From Eremomyces bilateralis CBS 781.70 (taxonomy: Eukaryota), in NCBI GenBank assembly GCA_010015585.1, contig ML975172.1: a stretch of DNA of 64,000 nt, one strand, 5' to 3'. The position numbers and the translations under genes were made by a program. The notes under the pieces were generated by a model that was not told the DNA's origin, ran no database searches, and worked only from the letters and a program-made list of their open reading frames with translations. Shown one piece after another: positions 1-13,086 of the stretch (position 1 is the stretch's first letter; each line of letters opens with the position of its first letter).

Positions 1-403
1 GGGCTACGGAGAAGGCCCTTTTGGCGAAGGAGAGGCAGGTTAGTAAGGAGGCTCGATTAGCCAACCTCCAGATCCGCAGGGAGTCTAGATCCTTTAGAAC
101 CACCAAGAGAAAGTCTATACAGGTGGTTTCAAGGCGAAGTCTACAGCCTCACGTTATCCCCAGTGGTCAAGAAGATACAGAGGGGGGTCCTTCGTCTGGG
201 CGCCCACGACGTGAGAAACGCCTCCCAAAACGCCTACAGGACTACGAATTAGATGGGAAATAAGGCTCTATCTACACAGACCTCACCACCAGCTTTTTCT
301 ACATAATTTACTTTTTTATGGGTGCGAGTAGCCTCAAAAACATATCCAAAATATCCAGTGAAATCGTGCATTGAGTGGGACCGTGCACGCCGCGTGGAAG
401 ACC
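1..403 (+). mobile_element. 3' end of a Fot1/pogo DNA transposon (transposase C-terminus to stop at 263, probable right TIR ~361-403)
   Basis: Bases 1-159 are identical to 15457-15615 of the pogo transposase and continue it to a stop (RPRREKRLPKRLQDY*). 361-403 has the internally repeated GTGCA..GTGG structure I associate with pogo TIRs; the partner TIR is not in the window. Confidence 0.8.
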
Positions 404-1175
404 TCAAACCTTTAACCTTAGACCTCAGACCTCTACCCCCTGTGGCTTTTCCAGTTCCCGCCCGTGACAATTTCCACGATATTACTTGTGCCTAACTGCC
501 GATTTGGCTCTGCACCTCCATCCAAGTACCTATTAAATGAAGTCCCTCACACCATACAAAACAAACCAACAGACTATGGAGTACACGTACCCCTCCCCCA
601 CCCACCGTATTCAGGTTTGTTACTGATACGACGAAGCCTCCACCGGATGTCAACTCCCGAAATGGCGTGTGAGGATGAGACCACAAATGCAGGGGCCCTT
701 GGTGCCTTGGTGCCCTAGGCTGCTAGACAGCAGAGTATGTTTATCAATGTGTGTTAACTAGTCTACCAATCACACAGCGTATCCCGTTTAGATGGGGTTC
801 TGATTGGTTGATATAAAACGCCAGGCATCCAGGCATAAAACTACACCGCCGCCTCGCCAGTAAGGAAGGAGGGATGGGAAGGTAGCTGGCCCGTGTCCCG
901 GCATCAATATCCTTTTGTTCTCCACAACTCTGAGGGGATGAGGGAAATCCTCCGTTCAGGTCTCGAATTTCTTTTATCACCTCCGAACCAGTGGTCTTGG
1001 GTACATATCTTGTCCCTTCGTCAGTCACTACTGCCACGTCTTTGCCGATTGACGGGCTCATGCTGCAATTGGTGCTCCATTGACCTGAATTGTGCATTCG
1101 TTATCGCGTCTTTGGTCGCTGAATAATCGGTTCCGAGAGATTCCTGGGAAGGACCTTTAGACGCAAACACCAACG

Positions 1176-3059
1176 ATGGCAACCAACGCAACGTTTTTGC
1201 CGGTGGCGGGTGTGAAGGTGATGCCGATACGGCATACAAGCTTCTTGAGATCGATCATTGAGGGGACGAATATCGCGACGGTGTTGGTGACGCTGATTAT
1301 AGGCGCTCTTGTGTATGATCAAGGTACGGGACCCCCTGCTTATGCCTAAAGGTACCTCGTACCTGGAGATCATATGCATATTCCTCTAGGTTGATGTCTT
1401 CAACAATACTAACATGTCTCCGGAACAGCGATGTATATCTACAGAAAACGTGGCATCGTGGGTCCCAACTGGAAAACCCCCTTCATCGGCCCTTTCCTCG
1501 AGTCCGTGAACCCCGATTTCGAGAAGTACTACGCCAAATGGACCAGCGGCCCGCTCAGCTGCGTCTCCGTCTTCCACAAGTTCGTCGTCATCGCCTCAAC
1601 GCGCGATTATGCCCGAAAGATCTTCAACGCCCCGGCCTACGTCAAGCCCTGCGTCGTTGACATCGCATACAAGCTCCTGAGACCGCAGAACTGGGTGTTC
1701 CTGGACGGAAAGGCGCACGTCGACTACCGAAAGGGACTAAACGGTCTATTTACGCGCCAGGCACTCGAATCATACCTTCCCGGACAGGAGGAGGTGTTCG
1801 ACCACTACTTCGATGCGTTCATCCAGACGAGCAAGAAGAACGGCATGAAGCCGGTCCCCTGGATGCCGGACTTCCGCGAACTGCTATGCGCGGTCTCCTG
1901 CCGCACCTTCGTGGGCCACTACATGACTGAAGCCGCCGTGAAAAAGATCGCGGACGACTTCTACCTCATCACCGCAGCGCTTGAGCTCGTCAACTTCCCC
2001 ATCATCATCCCCTTCACGCGCACCTGGTACGGCAAGAAGGCCGCCGACATGGTGCTCGACGAGTTCGCCAAGTGCTCTGCGAAGAGTAAGGTGCGCATGG
2101 CGGCAGGCGGCGAGCCGAACTGCATTCTCGACCGCTGGGTGGTGCAGATGATCGCGTCAGAGAAATACCGCGAGCGGCTCGCCGCCGGGGTGGCTCCCGA
2201 GGACGCGGGGAAGCCCGACATCGTGCTGCGAGAGTTCACGGACTTCGAGATCAGCATGACGCTGTTGACATTCTTATTCGCGTCGCAGGACGCCACCAGC
2301 AGTGCGTGCACGTGGATGTTCCAGATTATGGCGGATCGGCCGGAGTTCCTGGATAAGATTCGGGAGGAACAGTTAGCAGTACGCGATGGGGACAGGAACG
2401 CGCGGATGACGTTGGATATGTTGGATAAGATGACGTACACGCGAGCGATCGTGAAGGAGACGTTGAGGTATCGACCGCCCGTGATCATGGTGCCGTACAT
2501 GGTGAAGAAAGACTTCAAGCTCAGCGAAGATTATACAGTGCCGAAGGGTAAGTCATCTCTTGTTACTCTTCCCATTCCTCGCTCCACCATATTCTGTCTT
2601 TCTTCTTTTCTCCCCTCGACAACCATCAGAATCATCCTAACCTTCCCAGGCTCCATGGTCATCCCCACCACCTACATGGCCCTCCACGACCCCGAAGCCT
2701 ACCCCAACCCGGAATCCTTCGACCCGGACCGCTGGATCACCGGTGACGCGGAGAAGCAGACAAAGAACTGGCTGGTCTTCGGCACGGGCCCGCACTACTG
2801 CCTCGGACAGCAGTACGCGCAGCTGAACCTGATGGCGCTGATCGGGAAGGCGAGTTTGGAGGTTGACTGGAAGCATGAGATCACGCCGCTGTCGGAGAAG
2901 ATTAAGGTGTTTGCGACGATTTTCCCGCAGGTTCGTACCGTTCCTTTCCTTGCCTAGAAACAGGCAATCATCCCCATCGGTCGGTGATGGGTTCTATGGT
3001 GCTAGCAGCTAATCCGAGAACAGGATGACTGCCTTCTCACCTTCTCGAAGCGCCCATAA
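1176..3059 (+). CDS. ERG5: Cytochrome P450 CYP61, C-22 sterol desaturase
   Basis: Spliced model 1176-1323, 1429-2547, 2650-2930, 3024-3059 with GT..AG introns and CTAAC/CTAAT branch sites. N-terminal TM ending VYDQ, SCVSVFHKFVVIAS, FLFASQDAT I-helix, ETLRYRPP, FDPDRW, heme motif FGTGPHYCLG, C-terminal FATIFPQDDCLLTF. Confidence 0.97.
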
Positions 3060-3432
3060 CGGTAGCACGAGCGGAAGAACGGCAACACTTATAAAGCATC
3101 TCATTTCACAGAGAACCTGTATATAGGGGGGAACGGCGTGGACGTTGGAAAAGCCAACGACGGAGCCGCGATCGATCCAGCACCCCCAATCCAAGGCTCG
3201 ATCGATGCGGCTGGACGCACCGAGTGTGGGATGTAATCATAGACCTTTTCAGCGGCGCTCGACTTTGTGGCCTGGGGGCGGTATTATAGCTTGAACTAAT
3301 ATTAATGGCACGGCCACTTTTCATCCAACACGTCTACTTTTTATGTTGTTGGGCTGCAATCGTCTAGTTATCTTCACTTATCCCGTCTTCTCTTCTCCCC
3401 ACCGCCGCGCTCCCTCCAAACTATCTATCCTC

Positions 3433-4101
3433 CTACGCCCTCTCACCCCCCTTTCCCACCCAATCCACCCAACTCCCCTTATACTCCCCCACCCTCCCAT
3501 ACCCCGCCCTCCGCGCCATCTCCGCCGCCGCCTTACTCCTTACCCCAGCCTTACAGTAAAACACCAGCTCCTGTGTCTCCTGCGGCTTCGGCATGCCGAA
3601 CCGGTCGGCGAACTCCGCGGGAGGGAGGAACAGAAAGTCCGGGGAGGAGGTGATGGGGAGATTGAGAGCGCGGGGGATGTGGCCGGAGGTGAATTCGGTG
3701 GGTTCGCGGACGTCTGGGATGGGTGGTTAGAGTGGTGGGGAGGCGGGGAGAGGGATAGTGGAGGAAGATGGGGAAGGGGGAGATAGTGTGAAGTCGTCAA
3801 CCATCACTCACCGATCAGAATCCTCTCCGGATCCGGTTTGGTACTTAATTCCTTAATCTACCACACCTCCTCGTCAGCGTCCGTTCCCCTTCATCGACAG
3901 TGTCCAGGCGCGACCTACCGAGTCGAAATCATATTTCTTTGCCGTTTTCGCTTCGCTCGCGGAGTACCATCGCACCGCATGCACTGGCGCCGCGGCTTTC
4001 GTTTGCGTTCGGAGGGTGGGTGAAAGGGTGAGGAGTGGGCGGGTAGTGGTGCGGAGGGAGGGGACGGTACGGGAGAGGTGGAGGAGGGTGCGGGATGCCA
4101 T
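3433..4101 (-). CDS. Single-domain rhodanese / thiosulfate sulfurtransferase (Rdl1/Rdl2-like) with mitochondrial presequence
   Basis: Arg/Ser/Thr-rich leader MASRTLLHLSRT..VRWYS, two introns, then DVREPTEFTSGHIP, active-site loop FYCKAGVRS and YKGSWVDW; TAG stop at 3433-3435. Confidence 0.9.
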
Positions 4102-4483
4102 TGGGAGTGCAGGTGGTGGGGGTTGGCGAGGGGGTATCGGAGAATCTGGGGTTTCGTGGAGTTGTTGGTGGGAGACGTTGGGGTTAGGAACCAGATGTTT
4201 CTCTGCTACAGTGCTGTTTGAGTCGGTATTTGCTTAGCTCGGGGAGGTTTTGGCAGTTTCTGGCGTGCCGGGATGAATATCGGACGATGTCGTCAGTTGC
4301 ACCGCCACAGTTCTAGGGGTTCCTCCGTCTGGCCTCGGCGGCGCATGGAATTCCAGCTTGAGCGACATGATAAGTCTCGGAACTGTTCATGATGTGCATC
4401 TCTCCTACCAACCCCATGAAATAGCAGGTCATTCCCGCAGACCATTTCCTCGCGCTCTTCTATGGCGCGCATCCTCCTCCATA

Positions 4484-6615
4484 ATGCCCGACCAACCCGA
4501 TGACGTCCCGCCTATCGCGGCGGTGTTTCTGATCAAGTTCGATCTCAAAGTCGGGTGTGTATCGCCGTGCATCCATGGGCGCTTTGTGAACGCTGTGGGG
4601 ATCCGAAGCTGACGGGTAGGATGTAGCTATACAATTGCCTGGAAACGATCGATATCCGAAGGTGAGACCGCGCCATGTCCTGCCCGCTGCGGATGCGAAA
4701 CGACCGGTCCGGACTGTCCTAACTAGCGATAGTTACCGTCGATGGCGGAGTGGAGTTTAAGTCGCTGCCGTCTGGATTACACAATGTGAAGGATGATCTT
4801 GTGTATGTATCCCAGGTATCAGCAGCATAGAAGAGGCCTGACGGGAGACTAGATACTTCATCCAGGACGACTACGCCGGCATCAGCGCGTTTGTCAACCG
4901 TCCCGCCGCGGAATCAGAGCGCAATGCGCACCTCGTTGCCGTGGGCGTACTTGTACCTCTGAATAACAGTCGGCTGGGGAGAGGATGGCTACATGCTGAG
5001 AAGCTACAGGAATTGGCAAGGTATGGATTGCGTCGCCGGTACCGTTGGCGACAGCTCAACATGAGCGTGAAGCTAACGACTATTCTCCACGATAGCGCCG
5101 TCGCTGACGATACATCGAAAACCGCTCCCCTCGAAAAGTTCTGGGAGCAATGGAGATCCGATAAGGGGAAGCAGGGAGCGTCCGCATCAAAATCGCCGCC
5201 AGGACTAGATCAGCGGAAATCAGGTCATTCGAGAATTAGGGCGTTGTCCACGCTGACGATCAATGTTCCCGCGGAGCAATCATTACCCAAGTTCCATCCC
5301 TCACTCTCGATATTGAAGTGCTTGGATGTGTTCGGGCCATTGATATTTCCACTTTACCGGGCTGCATTGCTACGACCGCGGATCCTGTTGATCGGGTCCG
5401 CGCCGGTACGATTTCCTTGCGAATTCGGTGAGTTCGTACCTTCTCATACCCAGCATCTGGGTCGAATATATGAACCGGAATTGACAATCGACAGCGTACG
5501 ACCTTTCCATCATCTCCGCCATCTCCTCCACCCTCCACTCCTCCCTCCCCATCGAATCCACCCCCCTCTACCGCCTAAAACCCCTCTTCAACGTCGGTGT
5601 CCACGACATCCCGTACCTCTCCCGCCCTCGCACCGGCGATGCCAACGACATCGAATCCGAGCTCGGCTGGATCGCCTGCACCACCGACGAGATCCTCGCC
5701 ATGAAACCGCAGCTCTACGACCTCCTCATCGAGCTCCCCCCAATCACTGACGACAAACCCGGCTCCCACCCCGGCCGCGTCCGCAAATGGCCCAAACTCA
5801 AAACCAGCGCCGGCGCCGAAATCAAGGCCACCCGCCGCGACCTGCGCCGCTACAAAGCGCTCTACTCCGTCCTCCGCCCCCTCCTCCATCCCTCCTCGAA
5901 CTCCCACCTCAACGAGGACGGCATCTCATCTACCGCCCCCATCGACCAAAGCACCACCTCCTACACCGACGACGAAGATGCCGACACCAACAACGACCAC
6001 CTCCCCCTCCTCCGCCACCCGAACTACGTGACCAAGAATCCTGCCGCACAAACCCCTGCCGAAGAAGATAGCCAGCTCTTCTCCGACCTTGAGAAGCTCA
6101 CCGAGCCGCGTTCGTGGACCGCGCTGGCATACTCCGGGTTCATGTGGTGGGCGGCAGCCGGGGAGCCGGACTCGAGCGAGGAGGAAGAGCAGCGCGACGC
6201 GGAGGACAGCGTGGGCGAGCTGGCGGACGTGGTGGGGCGGCTGGTGGACGAGGGAATGATCGGCGGCGGGCGCGGCGACGCGGAGAAGACGAGGGGGTTG
6301 GTGGAGACGACGATCGTGGCCAGCTTTCATCGGATGACGGCAGGGTTGGTGAGGGTGGGGGCGGAGGTGGCGGGGGTGCATGGGGAGCGGCCGGATATCG
6401 GTGTAGAGGATGGAGATGATGGTGAAGGAGAGGAGGCAGTGGAGGAGGAACTGGAGGCGGTGGATGTAGATACGGAGGATTTGAGGCGGATGGGGCTGGA
6501 TGGGTGGAGCCCGGGGGATGCAGAGTTCGCGCAGCGGTTCTTGGAGCTCTATTGGGGGCGGGAGGTGCGGGTGCGGACGGCGGGGTTGGAGTGTTGTGGG
6601 GTGAAGATCTGTTGA
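4484..6615 (+). CDS. Anr2/LCHN (DENND11-like, DUF2347+DUF4484) Avl9-related DENN-domain protein
   Basis: Multi-exon: AVFLIKFDLKVG|YTIAW, GVEFKSLPSGLH, YAGISAF, FGPLIFPLYRAALLRPRILL, GWIACTTDEIL, ATRRDLRRY, LAYSGFMWWA; ends ECCGVKIC*. Confidence 0.85.
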
Positions 6616-6909
6616 GCGAGGATGTGTACGGTTCCTTGGCTCTTTTACGGCGTATTTTGTTGTACGGAAGAATTCAGGGGCTTCTCGATCTGGGACGGGA
6701 ATATTGCTCTTGTCGGTCTATGTAGATTTCAGGTTCGGTCGGGTGCCTGGGGTCAAATGTATCATCAATCGGCGAAAAAAACCGCAGGACATGGCTCAAT
6801 TGTTCTACATCGAATCAGACACCCTCCTCCCTCCTTGCAGCAAAGTCTGCTCCAATCCCCCAAAAATCCTCCCCCCGCATCCCCGCCCCCTCTTCTTCCC
6901 CCATCTGTT

Positions 6910-7329
6910 TTACATCAATCCCGCCCAAAGCTCTTGCCGATTCCGCCCATACACCCCATTCTCTGCCGTCCAATCCACCTCCCCGTCCGGGCGCCCTTGG
7001 CCCGCATTCACATCGCCAGACGTCGCGCGGTCACCGCCGTTCGCGTGTGCTCGCGGAAGATTTTTCGGATCCGGGTTCAGGGGGTAGCATTTCGATTTCG
7101 GGGCGGAACCAGGGGGGGCGGTCTTCGCGTGGAATTCACGGGGGCCGGGGGAGCGGCCGGGTTGGTGCTGGTGGGGGTTAGAGGTGGGGTGGTGAGGGGA
7201 AGAGGTGGAGGGGCTTACGGCTTTGGAGGAGTGGGGGGGATCGTGGTGGATGCGGGAGGAGAATTGGCCTTGGTTGGAAAGGGATTTGGTGGAGGAGGGG
7301 GTGCTAGTTGCGGTGCCGATGGCGGACAT
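6910..7329 (-). CDS. Small conserved-looking fungal hypothetical protein (139 aa)
   Basis: ATG-initiated ORF; NQGQFSSRI, HQPG and EFHAKTAPPGSAP resemble an uncharacterised ascomycete family as I recall it. Confidence 0.55.
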   Translation of the reverse strand: MSAIGTATSTPSSTKSLSNQGQFSSRIHHDPPHSSKAVSPSTSSPHHPTSNPHQHQPGRSPGPREFHAKTAPPGSAPKSKCYPLNPDPKNLPRAHANGGDRATSGDVNAGQGRPDGEVDWTAENGVYGRNRQELWAGLM

Positions 7330-8086
7330 GGTGGAGGTGTTGACTTGTTGGTGAGAGACTTCTAATGTGGTGGGTGGATGAAATGGGGAGGTTTGACGGT
7401 ATGGAAGCAGTTCTTTAAAGACTTAAATGAATTGAAATAGTAAAGAACACAAAACTGCAAGTGACGTTGACTGGGTCTTGTCCCTACATCATTTCTTCAG
7501 ATATCAGGGTGTTTCTAGACGTGATCTTCCTAGTCATACGACACTGATGCCTAACACAGACCTGATTCATATATTGTTATCTTCATTTTGGATCCCGAAC
7601 ATCCGAATCGTAGACTCATATATAGAACTGAGAACATCGTGTTAGATGCTTAGATCTTGTAAGAATTTGCAAACAGTGCCAAAGGTGCTTCCAATGGCCG
7701 GTCGTGATGAGATTATATATCGTGTCGAAGATTAGATATTGCCTTAATGCCTGAGGCCCAACTTTGATTTTTGATTACGTCAGGCAACCATTCTGCGTTG
7801 GCCAGACCGACCAATCCACTCCTGTTTACATGTGAACGAGATCGGACTCCTGCTGCTAAAGTCTACTGGGTATAGGAACCCAAGGTTGACGATTTCAATA
7901 TTCGATTGTTTTGGTGTATACATGTGCATGTATCCTACAAGCGATCAGTGTGCGCCCCAATGAGTCCAATGAATGTCCGATATCACGTAGATAGTCCCAT
8001 ATACCCATATCGACATCCAGTTCGCAACTCCAACGCATATCCCGAAACCCAATTCCCAAATACCCATCCCTCATAAACCCAAACCA

Positions 8087-9319
8087 TTACCCTGAATTAG
8101 ACGGCGCCAAATCCCCCAACTCAATTTCCCTCCTCCTCTCCTCCCGACTTTTCGCCCTCGCCACCCCCTTCCCCCCCTCCTCCCCACCCCCCTTCCTCCC
8201 CCTCCCCCGCGCCCGCCGCACGCTCCCCGGCACCGCCAACAACCGGTCATACACCTGCGTCTTCCCATCGGGACCCATCCGACTCACCCGCTCGATCCGC
8301 TCAATCTGCACCTCATCCTCTTCACCGCCGGGCCACTCGATCTGGAACGTCGAGCCCGCCGCCGTCGCGGGGGCGGTGCCGCTGTCAGATTGGGAGCGTG
8401 TCAGGAGGAGGGCGAGGTTGCGTTGGGTGGGATCAGGTTCGTCGGGATCGGCCGGAGGGGGGACAGGGGCGGCAGGGGAGGGGATGGGGGAGTGGAGGGC
8501 GGAGGGCCATTGGTTGGCGTAGTAGTTTTGGTAGTAATCGGAGGACGGGGTGGGTTGGTGGGTGGGGGAGGTGTTGCTGGTGTGGGCGGTGTTGGCGTAG
8601 CTGGAGGAGGGCTGGAAGGCCCCACCGATGCCGGGGCTGGCGCGGTAGATGTCGTCGATTTGGGTGCCGGAGATAGTGGTGCGGTGGGTGGAGAAGCGGG
8701 GTTTGTTCGAGGCGTTGCTGCGCCGTTGCGCGATCCGTCGCTGGGTGAATATTAAAAGTGCGGCGTAGATGATGGTGGATACCAGGGAGAGGACGATGGC
8801 GACAGGGGCTCCTGCGCCGGAGAAAGTGTATCGTGTAGACGAGGCGAAGGCGTAGAGAGTTGCGAGGAGTCCCAGTGCGGAAGAGGCGAAGCATGGGAGG
8901 AAGAGTGATTCGGCGCGGAAGAGGGGGGATTTGCAAGCGAAGCAGATAAGCGGTGTTAGACTGTGTCCTGCCGTGAGGAGAGCGACCACTATGACGATGA
9001 GAGCGGTTTTGGAGAATCGAAGTTTAGGGTCGACGTCGAAGGTAGTGGGAAGAATGCAGTATCTTGGACGTTGTCAGTATGGCCGACCCTCGGTTCTATA
9101 GTCAAAGTCCTCACCCTCCCATGATCATCCATGATGCTGCTAATGCAAGACCGCGCCAGTACCACTGCCATAATGTCAGAAAACTCGGAATCTGTCAGTC
9201 ATGCCTTGTAATCTTACTGCAACCGGATCTCTCTCAAAGTATATATCGTCGAGTGCCATATATCCGGTGCGATGCCCGCCTGCATTGGCATCGGTCCGGG
9301 AGAAATCGAAGAGACCCAT
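8087..9319 (-). CDS. Hypothetical multi-pass membrane protein with Pro/Ser-rich C-terminal tail
   Basis: ATG at 9319 (MGLFDFSR), two GT..AG introns joining WYWRGLALAASWMIMGG|YCILPTTF to ORF 8087-8989; about four hydrophobic segments. Confidence 0.7.
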
Positions 9320-10559
9320 TGGATAACCATATATTCGATACAGCTGTTAGGCCGGAGAGATTCTTCCACAGCCAGGGAGGCTGCTCATCTAGGGGAAATA
9401 GGCCCGTCGTAGAGCCAGGTAGATTCGACGTCGATAGTGCGGTCGTGGGGTTGTTTCGGGGAGTGCGTTCGAGGTTTCTTCACTTTTCCAGGGCAATTCT
9501 CGCCCGGGCGTTCTATTATACCACGACCGAACTATATGTGATGTACGACCCTAGAAAACCGTCGAAGTGCGATTCGAGAGGAAGAACGAGGGTAGAACTC
9601 GATATCAACAAGTGGAGGAGCGAGTGACAGAACCAATGGATGGCAACCGGAGGCCTCCGAACGTTTCACGGCCAGACCAGCATCACCCTCAAGTCAACGG
9701 TTTGACCGATAAAAACAACGCAAGAAGTTTTCACGAGTGAAGATGGAAAAGTCTCGCAGCTGAATGATGGGTTGGGAATACGATACGACTGTCAGTGCAG
9801 CTCCCACGGACTGTTACTTCGATCCCAAGTCGTTACTTCGACCGGGGGGCTGTGTTTCGGGGCAAGGCTGCACGAGATGGCGGGGCGATGCTAACCCGGT
9901 CTTACAGATAGGCGAGATTCTGCCTTGACTCGAGCAAGAAATTGTAAGATTTTCAATGGGTAGTTTATATCAGAATAGAACTTATTGGTACGCCTGATTC
10001 TGGATGCTGAATTGCATCGAATTAGCACAGAGGAGAACGCGAGCATTTGAACGTCTCGTGGGACTTGTATGGAATATTCTGACTCGGGATTCAGGAAACG
10101 CGCTCTGACAATAGGTAATATCGCACCGTTTGAAGTTAGCCTGACGATCGTGAAACAAACAATATTAAAATGGCTTGACAAGACCAATCTTTCTTTTTGG
10201 ACTGTAAAACGTAAGCCGAGTTTTCAAACGTTTTCCAGGTCGAATATTAGGAGCGAGCCGAAGTTCTCAGCTAACCAGAAGTCGTGAAAAGCAAACCGAA
10301 TCATCAACGTTTTTGCTGTCCTCGACCTTCCTCTTCTCTATTATCACCCTGACCACACTACGCGCTTCCCTTCTAGACATATTCAAGGACAATCTTCATC
10401 ATAACTAATTGAATGTTTACCTATAAAGCCTCTGGTACTCGGTGGTGCAAGAAACGAAGGTAATGACAAGCCTTCACAGTTAGTGTTTGTTTCCAACAGT
10501 TTCAAACAGAAGTTGAATCATGCGCGTTTTTTCTTTTGGTCTTTGCAAGTTCTCGATTT

Positions 10560-11570
10560 CATGCGAGACTACATCGTCCTGTCTACTCCAATGGACTCGG
10601 ACGCCGTCGAACCCGATGGCCATGAAGTGTCATTGGCATTAGTCCAACGAAGCCGTATGATTTGGTCTACGTGCATTGAATCGAGCCACGATCACGATGT
10701 CGATCTGCAGCCCGCTCAGATGGAGTACCTGATCTCTGAATCCAAGGACTTGACCGACTCGTCTTGGAGATCGATATTGGGGAGACAACCTAGGACGCAT
10801 TAACATGGTGGCACACCCTTACATCCCCAGCAAAGCCACTTGGGAAGGGCCTGCTAGACTATGGTACCCTCCTTCTACATGTCCCTCGCATGCAATACGA
10901 GAGAAATTGTTGCACTTCTTTCAACGCCATTTTTCGACAAATCAACTCCCCGCAACCTCATAAGCGCATGACTGGAACCGATATTCGAACTTCTAGATCC
11001 GCTGTGGAAACTGAACCAGTACACAGATTTCCTCAACGTTTTGACCCTGCGAGCCCCTGCTGTGGCATCTCTTGGTTAGGAGCTCTCTTAATTGGCCTGA
11101 AAATGCTCCTTTTGTCCACAGCACGGATAGGAACACCTATCATAGACCTCATGGCCGCGGCATGAAATATTATCTCTACTGACCCAATCCAAGAAAGAGG
11201 GCCACATACTATTCGGCGCGCGGATGAGTGCCGTCCCCTATTCTTTACGCATTGCAATGGGTATAAGCTGCTCCCATCTGTCCTTGGCGGTCGTTTGGAT
11301 CGGTCCCGTTGGAGCAGGCGATACTAGCAGCTCGGGTGCATTTAGAATGTAGACATAACTTTGAATACCAGGGCTGGCTCTGGGCCTCTCTGGCCTTCTC
11401 AAGCTCATTATATGCTGGCTATCACCAAGCTCAACCTCATGGGCTGGCAGAAGATCTACTGGTTAAAACGGCAGCACAGAACATCACCAAACCTTCCTCA
11501 AGCATTTTTCAGAAACTGCGACTCGGAAAACCTTCAGGTGGTTGCATGACAATTCATGGCCGCTGACAGA
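10560..11570 (+). pseudogene. Decayed copy of an uncharacterised ascomycete protein
   Basis: Fragments in shifting frames: LACNTREIVALLSTPFF..NLISA*LEP, LGALLIGL, GTPIIDLMAAA*, IRRADECRPLF, RVHLECRHNFEYQGWLW. Stops fall where Trp (TGG>TGA) would fit. Boundaries approximate. Confidence 0.45.
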
Positions 11571-11749
11571 AACACATATTCAGGAACATGAATGGGTATT
11601 TGCGTACGAAGATAATTCAGAGATTGATAGCACAGACGCAGATTCTTTTAATAACTTTAATTCTCAAGGGGCCATCTGAGAATTGCTCCTTCGATTAGAG
11701 CAAGGGTCAGTCAGTGACTTCATCTAACTTCCAATGGAGTAGGATACAG

Positions 11750-12836
11750 TGGTTGTACAATTGTACGGATGATCAGTTTACCAGCAAACTAGAAGCGCAA
11801 GGTTCCGGGGTTCCTCAAGGACAGATATTGAAGCAATCAAAGAGCATGGACTTTGGCATCTAGCACGTCGACCACTCTCACGGTTCATCTAGACTGAACT
11901 GCTTTCATTATTCTATACTAGATCGGTACTCTCCATCGGAATAACCATTCAAAGCGAGATCCGCACCCAGATATTTCCATCTCTCGGATTTCTAGGACGA
12001 ACGCCAACAAACAAAACGGAGGATATGCTTCCACTAGTCTAGTTATGACCGGGGGCTGCTCCTCTGCACAATCGGAGTTAGGATTTCTCTAAGTTATGAG
12101 CTCGGAGTTTGCAGTTATCTCTATCACCGATTGAAGGACGTTCGAACAAGACTATTGGATAAAGGTCCGAAGTCCCTCTTTGCTCCGACTTAAGTTAGCT
12201 TCTTTCTGGGAAATATCGTGGCTCTTTTCAGGTCTACTAACTGATTTCTAATACACCTCTCGATCGGCCTACTCGCCGTTGCGGGTGAGCTGGCGGAGAG
12301 GCTCATCGCGAATTGTGTAAATTTTAGTTCTTCGCCTGTTGCTGGGATAGATCATTGTGCCTGCGTTTTATCGCAATCCACACCCATGAGATTACCTGTG
12401 GTCACGGCTATGGTCTCTTGCGGACCTGGGATTCCCTCTCCAAGCGGCATTATCCAATACCGGCCTTTGAGTAGACTAGAAACTAAGACACAATTGAGCC
12501 CTGGTATAAAGGAGTGCATACTCTGACCAAAGCTATGTCTCCATTGTGCTATTATTGTTGTTCTTGAGCAACTGTGAATCCGACAAAGTACCGTTGAGAC
12601 CTTTAAGTGACTGATGGGACTGATCTTTCCAGTGTAATATATTCGGCAACTGATTCGCGGACCAGGCATTTGGTGTAGGTAGAATAGACAAGTCCAGGGA
12701 CCACTCTATGCCATGTATTCCCATTTATATACGCACCAACTACCATTACATCGGGTGTAGCTCCTGGGATGACCACAACCTGTTCCGTTGCAGACGTTGC
12801 AAACCACCGGAGTCCAAACAGAACCAGTGCCGTCAC
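11750..12836 (-). pseudogene. Heavily degraded relic, possibly an amidase-family gene
   Basis: Short stop-riddled fragments (KFTQFA, DFG, GTPE) loosely resemble fungal amidases; weak. Confidence 0.25.
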
Positions 12837-13086
12837 ACGTCAATCACGAACGTCTAAAGCGAGATACTGCGGCACATGTAGGACATTGGTCGTTACGTCG
12901 TCCCATAGTTCCCATCCCACGGCATATCACACACTATGGCGTGACGATGCCGTAGCCATGACAGGCGTTGCAATTTTCGGTGCTCAGCCTTCCGAGCTAG
13001 ACGAGGAGTGGGTTGAGGCTTGGGAGACTAAAAAGCAGTTTAATAAAGGCTTCATTAAGGCTCTAGGGATATACATACTGGGCATA

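Noticed and set aside
402..440. Short degenerate CCTYARA-like repeats resembling telomeric sequence
   Set aside because: No true (CCCTAA)n run; too short and irregular.
2548..2649. Apparent 34-aa insertion in ERG5 (KSSLVTLPIP...)
   Set aside because: In-frame, stop-free intron with GTAAGT donor, CTAAC branch and CAG acceptor.
6622..7365. 247-aa plus-strand ORF and other overlapping Pro/Gly-rich ORFs in 3300-8900
   Set aside because: Low-complexity products of C/G-skewed sequence overlapping better-supported genes.
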